Source: Leptolyngbyaceae cyanobacterium
Lineage (GTDB): Bacteria > Cyanobacteriota > Cyanobacteriia > Phormidesmidales > Phormidesmidaceae
Assembly: GCA_050331235.1 (NCBI GenBank)
Contig: JBHJHA010000011.1
Coordinates: forward strand, 126,032 to 190,031
Length of the DNA: 64,000 nt
Direction of reading: 5' to 3'
Below, piece by piece: positions 29,359-39,475 of this stretch (the first letter of the stretch is position 1; every line of letters begins with the position of its first letter). The position numbers and the translations under genes are program-made. The notes beneath the pieces are model-generated. The model did no database searches, was not told the DNA's origin, and worked only from the letters and a program-made list of their open reading frames with translations.

Positions 29359-30627
29359 CTAGCTCAGCGGTTGAGCTGGCTCGGTAGGCAAACGCACCGT
29401 AAAGGTACTACCGTGACCGACCTTACTGACCACCTCAATAGTGCCGTGCTGCAAGTCAACAAACTGCTTGACGATCGCCAGCCCCAGCCCAGTGCCAGGG
29501 ATGTTGCTGACGTTGCGCCCTCGATGAAATGGCTCAAACAGATGCCGCCGATCAGCAAGGGGAATGCCAACACCCTCGTCTTGCACCTGAATAATCACAA
29601 CCCGCTGACGCTTTGCTAGCTTGAGGCGAATTGGCTTCGCGACAGCGGTGTAGCGCATCGCGTTAGACAGTAGATTGCTGAGAATTGAGCGCAGCAGGCG
29701 GACATCGAGGTGCACAGCCAGTTGGCGACTGCGGTGTACGAGTTCAATCGGCAACTGGGAGCGATGGTACTCGTGCTCAGTCAACAGTTGACGGCAAAAC
29801 TCAATCAACTCCAGCGGTTCAGGAGCAACCTCGAGAACTTTAGCTTCTATTTTGCCGATGACCAAGATGTCGTCAATCATGTCGGTCATACGCTCAACAT
29901 TTTGATTGATAGCCCATAGGTAGTCTCCCTTTTCCTGGGCACTGAGTTGCGTGTCATAGCGGCTCAGTGAAGACACCGAGAGGGCGATGTTATTGAGGGG
30001 ATTCCGAAACTCATGGCAAACCATTGCCACAAAGCGCGATCGCAGTTCGCTGAGCTCTCGCAGGTGTTGGTTGGCTTCCCGCAGCTTGGCCGTTCGCTGC
30101 TGCACTTTCATCTCCAGTTCCTCATTGGTCCGCTGCAAAATCGTCTCGGCCCAGCGCCTTTCGGTAATATCGCGAAAGGTCACCACCGCGCCAATCAGCC
30201 GTCCTTCTTCGTCATGCATCGGCGTACTAATGTATTCCACCGGAAAGCTAGTGCCATCTTTGCGCCAAAACACTTCGTCGGTGACCCGCCGGGTACTCCC
30301 GTCTTGAAATGCCTGATAAATCGGACAGGCCTCTCGCGGATAGTGCCTCCCATCGCTATGGGAATGATGCAACACCACATGCATTGATTTGCCGATTAGC
30401 TCTTCTATTGGCCAGTCAATCATCGCCGCCGCCGCTGGATTAACAAAGGTCACACGGCCCTCAAGATCGAGGCCATAAACCCCTTCGCCCACTGCGTTGA
30501 GAATCAGCCGATGCTGGCGGCGAAGCTGCTCTAGAGCTTGTACAACCGGCTTAGTCGTCGGTGACGATAGGGCCGCATCAGACTTCAATAGCGGATCAAC
30601 ATTAGACATGGGCTGACTGGCTAGCAT
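29359..30627 (-). CDS. Cytoplasmic PAS-domain sensor histidine kinase
   Basis: PAS/PAC (EGVYGLD..GRVTFVNPAA...FWRKDGTSFPVEY...FRDITERR), H-box CHEFRNPL, N-box NLLSNAMRY, G1 DEGVGI and G2 GTGLGL; no TM helix. Confidence 0.95.
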   Translation of the reverse strand: MLASQPMSNVDPLLKSDAALSSPTTKPVVQALEQLRRQHRLILNAVGEGVYGLDLEGRVTFVNPAAAAMIDWPIEELIGKSMHVVLHHSHSDGRHYPREACPIYQAFQDGSTRRVTDEVFWRKDGTSFPVEYISTPMHDEEGRLIGAVVTFRDITERRWAETILQRTNEELEMKVQQRTAKLREANQHLRELSELRSRFVAMVCHEFRNPLNNIALSVSSLSRYDTQLSAQEKGDYLWAINQNVERMTDMIDDILVIGKIEAKVLEVAPEPLELIEFCRQLLTEHEYHRSQLPIELVHRSRQLAVHLDVRLLRSILSNLLSNAMRYTAVAKPIRLKLAKRQRVVIIQVQDEGVGIPLADRRHLFEPFHRGRNVSNIPGTGLGLAIVKQFVDLQHGTIEVVSKVGHGSTFTVRLPTEPAQPLS

Positions 30628-30691
30628 CTTTTCCTAGGCGATTGTACTAGCTAGTCGCCATTAATCCGTTGGATTTTTCGCCAGCAAGAAT

Positions 30692-30705
30692 GTAACCAAA
30701 GATAC
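30692..30705. promoter_or_regulatory. Candidate NtcA binding site
   Basis: GTAACCAAAGATAC is an exact GTA-N8-TAC, in the divergent region between the kinase and the response regulator. Confidence 0.6.
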
Positions 30706-30954
30706 TACGAAGCAACATCTTAAAGCTTAAGAAGAAAGAGGTAATAATGTTCGACTCATCGGTAAGTCAGCATCCTCAATCAGACCTTTTCGATTTCTTC
30801 TATTAGCTCTCTTAAGCGTCATAGATTGAGCCCAGGTTGTAAAACTCTCGCTAGCCAGCCATGCGGTTGAAACAGTCCGGATCTGTATTTGCAAAGTGCC
30901 ACTCCGCCACTTCAATACTCAGAGACTTTGGTTTGAATCTCTCGTTAAACTGAC

Positions 30955-31767
30955 ATGAAAACGGTTTTAATTATCGAAGACGAGCTTCAAACTCGCAATA
31001 TTTTTTTGAAGTGCCTACAGTTTGAGGGATTTCAGGCCCATGGTGCCAGCAATGGAATTGACGGCATTCGATTGGCCCAACAATATCAGCCTGATTTGGT
31101 GGTTTGCGACATCATGATGCCTGACATAGATGGGTATTCAGTCTTGTCTACTCTCCGACAATCTCGAGAAACTGCCGTCATTCCGCTCATTTTTTTGACG
31201 GCAAAAGTAACGATGACGGATCTGCGTCGCGGCATGGAATTAGGAGCGGATGATTATCTCACTAAGCCTTGTACAGTAGATCAGTTTTTGTCAGCCATTA
31301 CCACCCGACTCCAGCGCCATGCGGAAATCCATAGCGCCCTCAAGCGGCCCTCAAAAGCGGCTCCAATCCCTGCCCATCCTACCGCTCGGGCTACTGCCGC
31401 AACGAGTTGCAGCAGCATTTTTCCGGACTGTGCCAAATTAGCGAAGGTCTTCGAGTTTATTGAGCAGCATTACTGTGAGCCGATTAATTTAAGTGATGTC
31501 GCCAACGCGATCGGCTACTCACCCGCCTATTTAACAAACTTGGTGCAAGCAGAAACTGGCCTAACCATTAAACGTTGGATTACCGAACGACGCATGTTTC
31601 GAGCTCGCCAGCTATTACAAACAACTTCGGACTCGGTAAAGCTCGTCGCTGAGCTGTCAGGATATACAGACGCCAGCTATTTCACGCGGCAGTTTCGGAA
31701 ATTCCATGGCGTTTCGCCACAGGCTTGGCGAAATAGTAGCGTCCACTGTAAACAGACAACAGCTTAA
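30955..31767 (+). CDS. Response regulator with C-terminal AraC HTH
   Basis: Receiver domain IIEDE, CDIMMP, FLTAK and YLTKP; AraC domain LSDVA..IGYSPAYL and SGYTDASYFTRQFRK.HG.SP. Confidence 0.95.
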   Translation: MKTVLIIEDELQTRNIFLKCLQFEGFQAHGASNGIDGIRLAQQYQPDLVVCDIMMPDIDGYSVLSTLRQSRETAVIPLIFLTAKVTMTDLRRGMELGADDYLTKPCTVDQFLSAITTRLQRHAEIHSALKRPSKAAPIPAHPTARATAATSCSSIFPDCAKLAKVFEFIEQHYCEPINLSDVANAIGYSPAYLTNLVQAETGLTIKRWITERRMFRARQLLQTTSDSVKLVAELSGYTDASYFTRQFRKFHGVSPQAWRNSSVHCKQTTA

Positions 31768-31840
31768 CGCCCTCGGAAAATTATTTTTCTGTATCAGAAG
31801 CAACGAATCGACAAATGTTTTTCAATCTAATAATCAAGTC

Positions 31841-31878
31841 CTAAAGAAAATCCAATTTACTTCTAAAAATGGTCCTAT
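31841..31878 (+). promoter_or_regulatory. Candidate AraC-type direct-repeat operator upstream of cynA
   Basis: CTAAAGAAAATCCAAT (31841) and CTAAAAATGGTCCTAT (31863) share CTAAAnAnnnTCCnAT with a 22-bp period. Confidence 0.4.
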
Positions 31879-31984
31879 AACTTATTGAAAACACCTGTTA
31901 TATTGCTTAACTAATTACCAACCGCGATCGCGATGGAATTATTTTTCTCCAGTTCCGAGTAGTTAGTTTTAGCGGGATATCCCT

Positions 31985-33628
31985 ATGGTTTTGACTTCGG
32001 CAGCAGACACTTTTCAGGCATGGAAAACATCCCAAAATGGATTTGGGAAACTGTCAAACTTACAGGCACTTTGTAATGTTTGCGGTGGACAGCATTCCAA
32101 CATGGCCCACTGGGAGTTTATGCAAACGATGCCCCAGGATCCCGTTGAGATGGTAGATGACTTCGTCAAGATGGGCCTGTTCAAAGAGAATCAGCTCCGT
32201 GCTGCTGATTCTGTCAATGCTTACGAGCTGAGGCAGGCGCTTTTTCTTAAGCGAGTGGGCCGCGGTAATCCGAAGCGGGAAAAGCTCATTTTGGCACTAT
32301 GCGAGCAGGCCGGTGGACTAGACAATGCTTTTGCCGCCGCCTTTGGTCCGCAAGCCGGTCTATTCTTCTCAGACACGGTTCGAAATAGTGCCACCGGCCG
32401 TCGAGAGTTTTTGCGCAATATGGCTGTAGGTGCAGCACTTGTGACCTTGGCCGGCTGCGGCACCGGGGGCGAAGAACCCGCCGCCACCGAAGATGATGCC
32501 GAACCCGTATCTACGGACGGGTTGGAAAAAACGGACCTGCAGATTGGCTTTATCCCCATCACCTGCGCTACGCCCATCATTATGTCTGAGCCCCTGGGGT
32601 TCTATGAAAAGTACGGCTTCAATGCACAAGTGGTGAAGATGCCCAGTTGGGGCGCAGTCCGTGATTCAGCGATCGCCGGTGAGCTGGACGCTTACCACAT
32701 GCTGGCCCCCATGCCCATTGCCATGACCCTCGGCTTAGGTTCTGGAGCCTTTGGAGTCAAGCTGGCCAGCATTGAAAACATCAACGGCCAAGCCATTACC
32801 GTCGCCGAGAAATACAAAGGGCAAATCAACGGTCCCGCTGACTTTAAAGGCTTTACGATGGGCGTGCCTTTCCCTTATTCAATGCACAATCTGCTACTGC
32901 GGTATTACTTAGCCACTGGCGGCATCGATCCCGATGTCGATGTGCAGATCCGTCCCGTTCCCCCACCAGACAGCATTGCTCAGTTAGTAGCGGGTGATAT
33001 TGACGCCTATCTCATGCCGGACCCATTCAACCAGCGGGCAGTTTACGAGGGTGCTGGCTTTATCCACATGCTGACAAAAGACTTGTGGCCCGGTCATCCC
33101 TGCTGTGCCTTTGCGGCCAGCGATGAGTGGATTAACGCCAACCCCAATACGTTCCGCGCGTTAAACAAGTCCATTATTGAGGCCGCTGGGTACGCAAGTG
33201 ATCCGGCCAACCGAGTCGAGATCGCCGAGGCTATCTCCGAGCGCGCCTTTCTCAATCAGCCGACAGAGGTGGTCGAAGCCGTCCTCACCGGTAACTTCGA
33301 TGATGGCAACGGCAACACGCTGAGCGTACCCGACCGGATTGACTTTGACCCCTACCCATGGCAAAGCTTTGCTAACTGGATTTCAAGTCAGCTAGTGCGC
33401 TGGGATTTGCAAGGTGACGGGGTAGCCCCCAAGGCGATTCCGGAGCAAGGCTACGACACGGTCGGCAAGGATGTCTTTCTCACTGATTTGGCTCGAGAGC
33501 TGGCCCAGGAATTGGGACAAGAGCCGCCCGAAGAAATTTACCGGACGGAAGAGTTAATGTTTGACACCTTCGACCCGGCGGCGCCTGAGGCTTATGTGCA
33601 ACAACAAATTGACGAGTATGGCGTTTAG
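31985..33628 (+). CDS. cynA: Cyanate ABC transporter substrate-binding protein (CmpA/NrtA family) with N-terminal extension
   Basis: LEKTDLQIGFIPITCATPII, ENINGQAIT, VPFPYSMHNLLLRYYLA and HPCCAF; internal RREFL and lipobox LAGC; in an operon with cynS. Confidence 0.88.
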   Translation: MVLTSAADTFQAWKTSQNGFGKLSNLQALCNVCGGQHSNMAHWEFMQTMPQDPVEMVDDFVKMGLFKENQLRAADSVNAYELRQALFLKRVGRGNPKREKLILALCEQAGGLDNAFAAAFGPQAGLFFSDTVRNSATGRREFLRNMAVGAALVTLAGCGTGGEEPAATEDDAEPVSTDGLEKTDLQIGFIPITCATPIIMSEPLGFYEKYGFNAQVVKMPSWGAVRDSAIAGELDAYHMLAPMPIAMTLGLGSGAFGVKLASIENINGQAITVAEKYKGQINGPADFKGFTMGVPFPYSMHNLLLRYYLATGGIDPDVDVQIRPVPPPDSIAQLVAGDIDAYLMPDPFNQRAVYEGAGFIHMLTKDLWPGHPCCAFAASDEWINANPNTFRALNKSIIEAAGYASDPANRVEIAEAISERAFLNQPTEVVEAVLTGNFDDGNGNTLSVPDRIDFDPYPWQSFANWISSQLVRWDLQGDGVAPKAIPEQGYDTVGKDVFLTDLARELAQELGQEPPEEIYRTEELMFDTFDPAAPEAYVQQQIDEYGV

Positions 33629-33653
33629 TACTGTCGGTTAGGAGATATGTAGT

Positions 33654-34496
33654 ATGACTGTCAGCGATACAAATACAGGGGTCCCCTATTACGGGGGAGA
33701 AAAGGAGTCGCTTTTCTTTACCGAAGGCGTACGGGCATTTTTGCTCTTTGTCGGTTCATTGGTTGCCTTCTTGCTGTTTTGGGAAATTGGGGCTCGGGCT
33801 GAATTATTTGCCAAGGGTATGCCAACGGCGTCTGAAACCCTCAAGGAACTCTGGTGGTGGAGTACCCATCCATTTTTCAATAACGGGCCCAACGACTTAG
33901 GCATTGGTTGGAACTTGCTGATTAGTTTGCGGCGGGTCGCGATCGGCTATTTTCTGGCCTCGATCGTAGCGGTACCATTGGGCATTTTGATGGGGATTTC
34001 GTCCATTGCACGACAGGGTTTCAACCCCTACGTGCAGCTATTGAAGCCAATTTCCCCCTTGGCTTGGTTACCCTTGGGACTTTACATCTTCAGGGATTCT
34101 GAGATCACAGGGGTGTTTATCATCTTCATCTCTAGCATTTGGCCCACGTTAATCAATACGTCGTTTGGCGTGGCCAACGTTGATAAAGATTATTTAGATG
34201 TTGCGCAAACCTTGGGTGCGTCTCGGCTACGCACCATATTTAAGGTCATCATTCCTGCGGCTTTGCCTAACATCGTATCGGGGTTGCGCATCAGCATGGG
34301 CATTGCTTGGCTAGTCATCGTAGCAGCAGAAATGTTGCTGGGTACCGGATTAGGCTACTTCATCTGGAATGAGTGGAACAACCTCTACATTCCCAATATT
34401 TTGGTCGCCATCTTTATCATCGGCATCGTGGGGCTGATTTTGGACAGCATCTTTGCGGCGGTGGAACGGTTTGTTGTGTTTGGTCGAAACTCGTGA
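33654..34496 (+). CDS. cynB: Cyanate ABC transporter permease (NrtB-like)
   Basis: [33 protein letters not shown] and [13 protein letters not shown] upstream. Confidence 0.9.
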   Translation: MTVSDTNTGVPYYGGEKESLFFTEGVRAFLLFVGSLVAFLLFWEIGARAELFAKGMPTASETLKELWWWSTHPFFNNGPNDLGIGWNLLISLRRVAIGYFLASIVAVPLGILMGISSIARQGFNPYVQLLKPISPLAWLPLGLYIFRDSEITGVFIIFISSIWPTLINTSFGVANVDKDYLDVAQTLGASRLRTIFKVIIPAALPNIVSGLRISMGIAWLVIVAAEMLLGTGLGYFIWNEWNNLYIPNILVAIFIIGIVGLILDSIFAAVERFVVFGRNS

Positions 34497-35380
34497 GTGT
34501 AGCACCCGTGAATTCAGTTACTCCGACGGATACCTATTCGTCTACGGCGCAATTGTCGATTCGCCATGTGACCAAGGTCTTTCGGGGCAAGAAGGATCTC
34601 TTCAGCAAGCTATCAGGTAAGCGTAGTAGAGATTTTGTCGCCGTTGAGAACATTAGTTTGGATATTGAGCCCAATACCTTTGTTTCAATCATTGGTCCGT
34701 CGGGCTGCGGCAAGTCTACCCTGCTCAACATGATTGCGGGTCTCTCTGAGATTACGGCGGGTGAGATTTTATTCAACAATCAGCCCATCACGGGTCCTGG
34801 ACCCGATCGCGGCATGGTTTTTCAAAACTATGCTCTGATGCCCTGGATGACGGTAGAGGAAAACATCCGGTTTGCGGTGGAAACGGTGTACCCCAAGTGG
34901 TCGCCGAAGCAAATAAACCGCACCATCAAGGAACACATTCAACTCGTCGGTTTGACCGGAGCGGAAAAGAAGCATCCCCATGAGCTTTCTGGCGGCATGC
35001 GGCAGCGGGTAGGCATTGCCCGAGCGCTGGCCTTTAGCCCCCAAATTTTGCTGATGGATGAGCCCTTTGGCGCTTTGGATGCCCTTACCCGAGGATTTTT
35101 GCAGGATGAGATTGAGCGCATTTGGGAACAGCAGCGCAAGACCGTCATCATGATTACCCATAGTATTGAGGAGGCGCTATTGCTCAGCGATCGCATCGTC
35201 ATGATGACGCGAGGACCGGCAGCCCGCATCGACGAAATTTTAGAGGTCCCATTTCCCCGCCCTCGCAATCGAGAAACCCTCGATCAGCATCCGGCTTATC
35301 ACGATCTCAAGGCGGAAATGGAAAGTCATCTGTTCCGTGAAACGCGCGCAGTTGAAGAGGCCCGCATCAGCGGCAAGTAA
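34493..35380 (+). CDS. cynD: Cyanate ABC transporter ATP-binding protein (NrtD-like)
   Basis: [17 protein letters not shown] and [14 protein letters not shown] start overlaps the cynB stop (GTGA). Confidence 0.9.
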   Translation: MSVAPVNSVTPTDTYSSTAQLSIRHVTKVFRGKKDLFSKLSGKRSRDFVAVENISLDIEPNTFVSIIGPSGCGKSTLLNMIAGLSEITAGEILFNNQPITGPGPDRGMVFQNYALMPWMTVEENIRFAVETVYPKWSPKQINRTIKEHIQLVGLTGAEKKHPHELSGGMRQRVGIARALAFSPQILLMDEPFGALDALTRGFLQDEIERIWEQQRKTVIMITHSIEEALLLSDRIVMMTRGPAARIDEILEVPFPRPRNRETLDQHPAYHDLKAEMESHLFRETRAVEEARISGK

Positions 35381-35509
35381 GTTGGAGACGCCGCCCAGAG
35401 AAAGACATCCGGTGCCATTAGGTCATCGGGCTGTCCGTCCTGGCTACGAATGCCCAATTTCGGGTGTAACTTTTCTCAGTTTTGTTGATGTAAATTAGAG
35501 GATCTAACC

Positions 35510-35953
35510 ATGGCCATTCCTGAAATTACTGAAAAGCTTTTGGCTGCTAAAAAGAAATCTGGCTTGACCTTTGCTGACTTAGAAGCCAAGGTAGGTCGCG
35601 ATGAGGTGTGGATTGCCTCCGTCATTTATCGTCAGGCTAGTGCGTCGGAAGACGAAGCCTCTAAAATCATCGAAGCAATCGGGGCCGATAAGTCGTTCGT
35701 AGAAGCTTTGATGGAGTGCCCCACCAAAGGCTCTTTAGATCCCATCATTCCTACCGATCCCTTTATCTACCGCTTTTACGAAATCATGCAGGTGTATGGC
35801 GTGCCCGTGAAGCAGGTGGTGCATGAGCACTTTGGCGACGGCATCATGAGCGCCATTGATTTCTCCATCGATGTAGAGCGGGAAGAAGACCCCAAGGGCG
35901 ATCGCGTCAAAATCATCATGTGTGGTAAGTTCCTGCCTTACAAGAAGTGGTAG
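35510..35953 (+). CDS. cynS: Cyanase (cyanate hydratase)
   Basis: [31 protein letters not shown] and DPKGDRV.I...GKFLPYKKW. Confidence 0.97.
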   Translation: MAIPEITEKLLAAKKKSGLTFADLEAKVGRDEVWIASVIYRQASASEDEASKIIEAIGADKSFVEALMECPTKGSLDPIIPTDPFIYRFYEIMQVYGVPVKQVVHEHFGDGIMSAIDFSIDVEREEDPKGDRVKIIMCGKFLPYKKW

Positions 35954-36235
35954 CACCTCGGCGTTGGCGCTGGCTGTTCCACCACTGTATGTCCACCCCC
36001 CTTTGACAGCTTTAGGCGATTCTCCGCTGGCATGAACGGTGGGAGTGGCAGCTTTCAGGGTGATGCTGACGGTAGAGCATTGGCCACGGGCACAGCGCTG
36101 TCGGACAGCACTGAGGAGCTTAAGGTTGTTTGGTCTAAGCGTATGTATCTGGCTCATGGCTGTTAGCAACCCGCTGGCAGCCATTTTCTCTGAGCAACAG
36201 AGTTGAGTGACAAGGCTGATTTTTGGAGTTTGAGC

Positions 36236-36712
36236 ATGACTGCATCGTCCCGTAAATTAGTGCCGCCATTTGATCGCGACATTGCGATCGCCAAAGTTCG
36301 TATGGCTGAAGATGCCTGGAACAGCCGCGATCCTGACCGCGTTTCGATGGCTTATACCGAAGACAGCTTCTGGCGCAACCGGGCAGAAATTTTTCAAGGC
36401 CGGGAGGCGATTCGGTCATTTTTGCGGCGCAAGTGGGATAAAGAACTGGACTATCGCCTCGTGAAGGAAATGTGGGCCTTCGGCGAAAACTGTATTGCTG
36501 TTCGGTTTCAGTACGAATGGCACGACGATGCTGGCCAGTGGTATCGCGCCTACGGCAACGAAAACTGGGAATTTGATGATGCGGGGCTCATGCGTCGCCG
36601 CGAAGCCAGCATTAACGACCGTCCTATAGCCGAGGGCGATCGCCGCTTCTTTTGGGATGTTTCAGCCCCCCGCCCCCAGGACCATCCTGGACTCATCAAC
36701 TCCCCCGAATAG
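36236..36712 (+). CDS. DUF1348 / SnoaL-like (NTF2 fold) protein
   Basis: PPF....[34 protein letters not shown] and [21 protein letters not shown]. Confidence 0.9.
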   Translation: MTASSRKLVPPFDRDIAIAKVRMAEDAWNSRDPDRVSMAYTEDSFWRNRAEIFQGREAIRSFLRRKWDKELDYRLVKEMWAFGENCIAVRFQYEWHDDAGQWYRAYGNENWEFDDAGLMRRREASINDRPIAEGDRRFFWDVSAPRPQDHPGLINSPE

Positions 36713-36775
36713 TGGCCTTGCCCCAAGCCCTCAGTTGGGCCACGGCAATCTCAAGCCGAGGACTGATGTAGCGCC

Positions 36776-37750
36776 TTATTGAGATCGCCGTAGCCGATCC
36801 AGTTCGCTTTGCAGGTCGGCGAGTTCGCGGCGGAGACTTTCCACATTCTGACCGGGCTCCGGGTCGGGTACATCAACCGTGCCATCGGTGCGCGATCGCT
36901 GCTGGTAGTGGCCGGCTTTAATGCGGGCATATTCGTTCGAATAGGCCCACTGCTTGAGATAGCTGAGCCGATCTACCGGAAACGGATGACTCAGCATCGG
37001 CCCTTGTCCAGTACCGTTATAAAGCAGAAATTTATAGACCTGGCTGAGACCATCTTCATCTAGGTTTTTGTACGCTTCCGCCTGCTGCTCAAAGGCCTCG
37101 AAGCTGAGCTCATGGGCAAAGCGACCACTGCCGCCCGCAACCCGCATCATGGTGCTACCAACCAATCGCCAGTCATCGGAGGCCAGGAGTGCAGCGCGAT
37201 CGCACGACAGTTCAGCCATGCGCCGCCATTCGTAAAACGCATAAATCAAACCAGTGCTGATCATATTGCCAATCCCAAAGGTCAGCTCGCCGATGACGGT
37301 GGCGGTGTTCATGGCCCAAATCGCCATTTGGGTCAGCGTTGTATGGCCACACTTGACGTGACCTAATTCATGGGCGATTACCGTGCGAATTTCCTCCTCA
37401 CTCAGCAAATCCAACAGCCCCGTATGTACCACGATGCAGGGGTGATCTTCACCAATGGCATAGGCATTGACCTGCGGATTTTGCGCGACGAACAGGGTCG
37501 GCTCAGGCTGTACATCCAGCGCCTGCACGCATTCACGAAACATGTGATAAAGCGTGGAATATTGCTGCGGGCCGACCTGCACGTTATTGCCCATGAGCGA
37601 GACAAACTGCGGGCGCTCGTACATAAATTCCACAAATTTGCGAGCGACCAAATCAAACCCTGGAAATGCCCGCAGCGCCGCTTCGGCTTGGGCATCAAGG
37701 GGATGACGAAACGCATCACGGCTAATTCCTGGATAGGCCGGCATAGGCAA
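36776..37750 (-). CDS. M48 family zinc metallopeptidase
   Basis: FRHPLD, VNAYAIG, HELGH, AELSCDRA and SHPFPV. Confidence 0.93.
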   Translation of the reverse strand: MPMPAYPGISRDAFRHPLDAQAEAALRAFPGFDLVARKFVEFMYERPQFVSLMGNNVQVGPQQYSTLYHMFRECVQALDVQPEPTLFVAQNPQVNAYAIGEDHPCIVVHTGLLDLLSEEEIRTVIAHELGHVKCGHTTLTQMAIWAMNTATVIGELTFGIGNMISTGLIYAFYEWRRMAELSCDRAALLASDDWRLVGSTMMRVAGGSGRFAHELSFEAFEQQAEAYKNLDEDGLSQVYKFLLYNGTGQGPMLSHPFPVDRLSYLKQWAYSNEYARIKAGHYQQRSRTDGTVDVPDPEPGQNVESLRRELADLQSELDRLRRSQ

Positions 37751-38033
37751 TCCTTATATAACGGGTCGGTGTCTCTAGTCTAAACAATCCACCTGGGGTC
37801 GTTTCCGGGAGAGCCAGGGAATGAGTTTGCGATGCTGGGTAATACTAACACTCTATAATAGCGCTACAGATTTGAAGACCCCCCCGCTGTCGCTGCCCCC
37901 TGAAAAAGGGGCTTTGAAGAATCTATGGGTAGTCGTGATTTGCAGAAATAGTATTAAGAGGGACTCGATAGCAGGTTGCAGAGGTAGGGTAGTGAGGGCA
38001 AATCGCTGACGCTGCGGGAACGGACTTCGACTG

Positions 38034-39383
38034 TCACGCCGAGAATCCTTGTAGATGATCGAGTTCGGCATAGTCAGGTAGGGTCGTCTCAATCGCCTGC
38101 CCCCGACGAATAACGACGCGATCGCCCTGCGGTCGAGAAAAAAGCTCATTAAACGATCGCGCTTTGAACAGTACTAAATCAGCAGGTTGCCCCACACCGA
38201 TGACCCCAGCATGGGAGAGCTGCATCAGTGCGGCCGGCGTGCGTGTAATCGCCCGGGGCCAATCCCCCACTGGTCGGTCTAAATGACCGATGCGGGTGCT
38301 CTGGGTCAACACCTCTAAACCATCCAAGTCGCCATAGGCATAGAACGGATCGCGACAGTTGTCACTGGCGATCGCCACGGGGATACCCGCCGCATGCAGT
38401 TCGTGCAGGATGGTAACGCCACGGTAGCGAGGTGTGCGTGACGGCTGCCGGTCCTGCAGGTAGAGATTGCACAGGGGCAAACTGACGACCCCAATATCAG
38501 CCGCCTTGAGCAGGGCTAAGGTCTCAGCAATTTCCGCCGCCCCATGTATCGATAGAGCACAGCAGTGTCCGCAGACAACTGGATTTTCAAACTGATGTCG
38601 CAGCTTCGCCTCAGCCACTTGATTGAGGGCGTGATCGTCTGGCTGCAAACTCTCGCTGACATGAATATCGAGGGCAAGGTCATACTTTGCCGCCAGGTCA
38701 AACATCCGGTCAAGCTGTGCCTCTAAATCAGGATTGGGATAGGCTACCCCCCCTAAAAATGCTTCATTCTCAGCGACTAACTGGGCGAGCGATTCCCCTG
38801 CATCCGTCAAATAGTAGTCCAGAGAAACAAGGCAAACCGTCTGCACCGTCAGGCGATCAGCCCAGGATTGTTGGAGCGATCGCAAAACCTGGATCGCGGT
38901 TTGGGCCATCTCGCCAAACGCATCAAAATGAGTCCGGATGGCTTTGGTGCCATGGGCATAGGCACACCGCAGGCTAAACTCCATCCGCTGGTGTAGCTCT
39001 TCCGCACCCCACATGGCGTGATCGGCCATGACAGCCGCTAGCGCACTCTGAAAGGTACCATCCACGTTGCCCTGGCGCGGCCAAATGTGACCTTTATCTA
39101 GATGGGTGTGCATGTCGACAAAGCAGGGAAACACGAGACCGGCGTTGAGATCAACCTGCGGAGCGTTCTCGGGAGCTGTGCCCACCGGCGCGATCGCTGC
39201 AATTTGTCCCTGAGATAGATAAATATCAGCCGGGACTAGCGCTTCCAAAAAGGGTGCTTGAGCCAACGACGCAATGACACTGAGGTGGCTAGCCGTGTCG
39301 TCGAGGAGCGTTTTGGGCAGGCGGCTATTGCACAGCCAGTAGTCACTCGTAGAAGGCGGCATAACGAAGGGAGCGAGCGCCAT
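38034..39383 (-). CDS. CodA-like amidohydrolase (annotated-type cytosine deaminase; true substrate uncertain)
   Basis: DMHTHLDKGH, AYAHGT.AIRTH, DIHVSE, CGHCC, SLP.CNLYLQDR and ASDNCRDPFY. Confidence 0.88.
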   Translation of the reverse strand: MALAPFVMPPSTSDYWLCNSRLPKTLLDDTASHLSVIASLAQAPFLEALVPADIYLSQGQIAAIAPVGTAPENAPQVDLNAGLVFPCFVDMHTHLDKGHIWPRQGNVDGTFQSALAAVMADHAMWGAEELHQRMEFSLRCAYAHGTKAIRTHFDAFGEMAQTAIQVLRSLQQSWADRLTVQTVCLVSLDYYLTDAGESLAQLVAENEAFLGGVAYPNPDLEAQLDRMFDLAAKYDLALDIHVSESLQPDDHALNQVAEAKLRHQFENPVVCGHCCALSIHGAAEIAETLALLKAADIGVVSLPLCNLYLQDRQPSRTPRYRGVTILHELHAAGIPVAIASDNCRDPFYAYGDLDGLEVLTQSTRIGHLDRPVGDWPRAITRTPAALMQLSHAGVIGVGQPADLVLFKARSFNELFSRPQGDRVVIRRGQAIETTLPDYAELDHLQGFSA

Positions 39384-39475
39384 GACGGAAATACCCAAGA
39401 AAAATCAAGTTAGCCACAGCTAGGGCTGAGGAGCATTGTCAATTTACCATCGTCTAGCCGCCGACCGCCGCGGGG

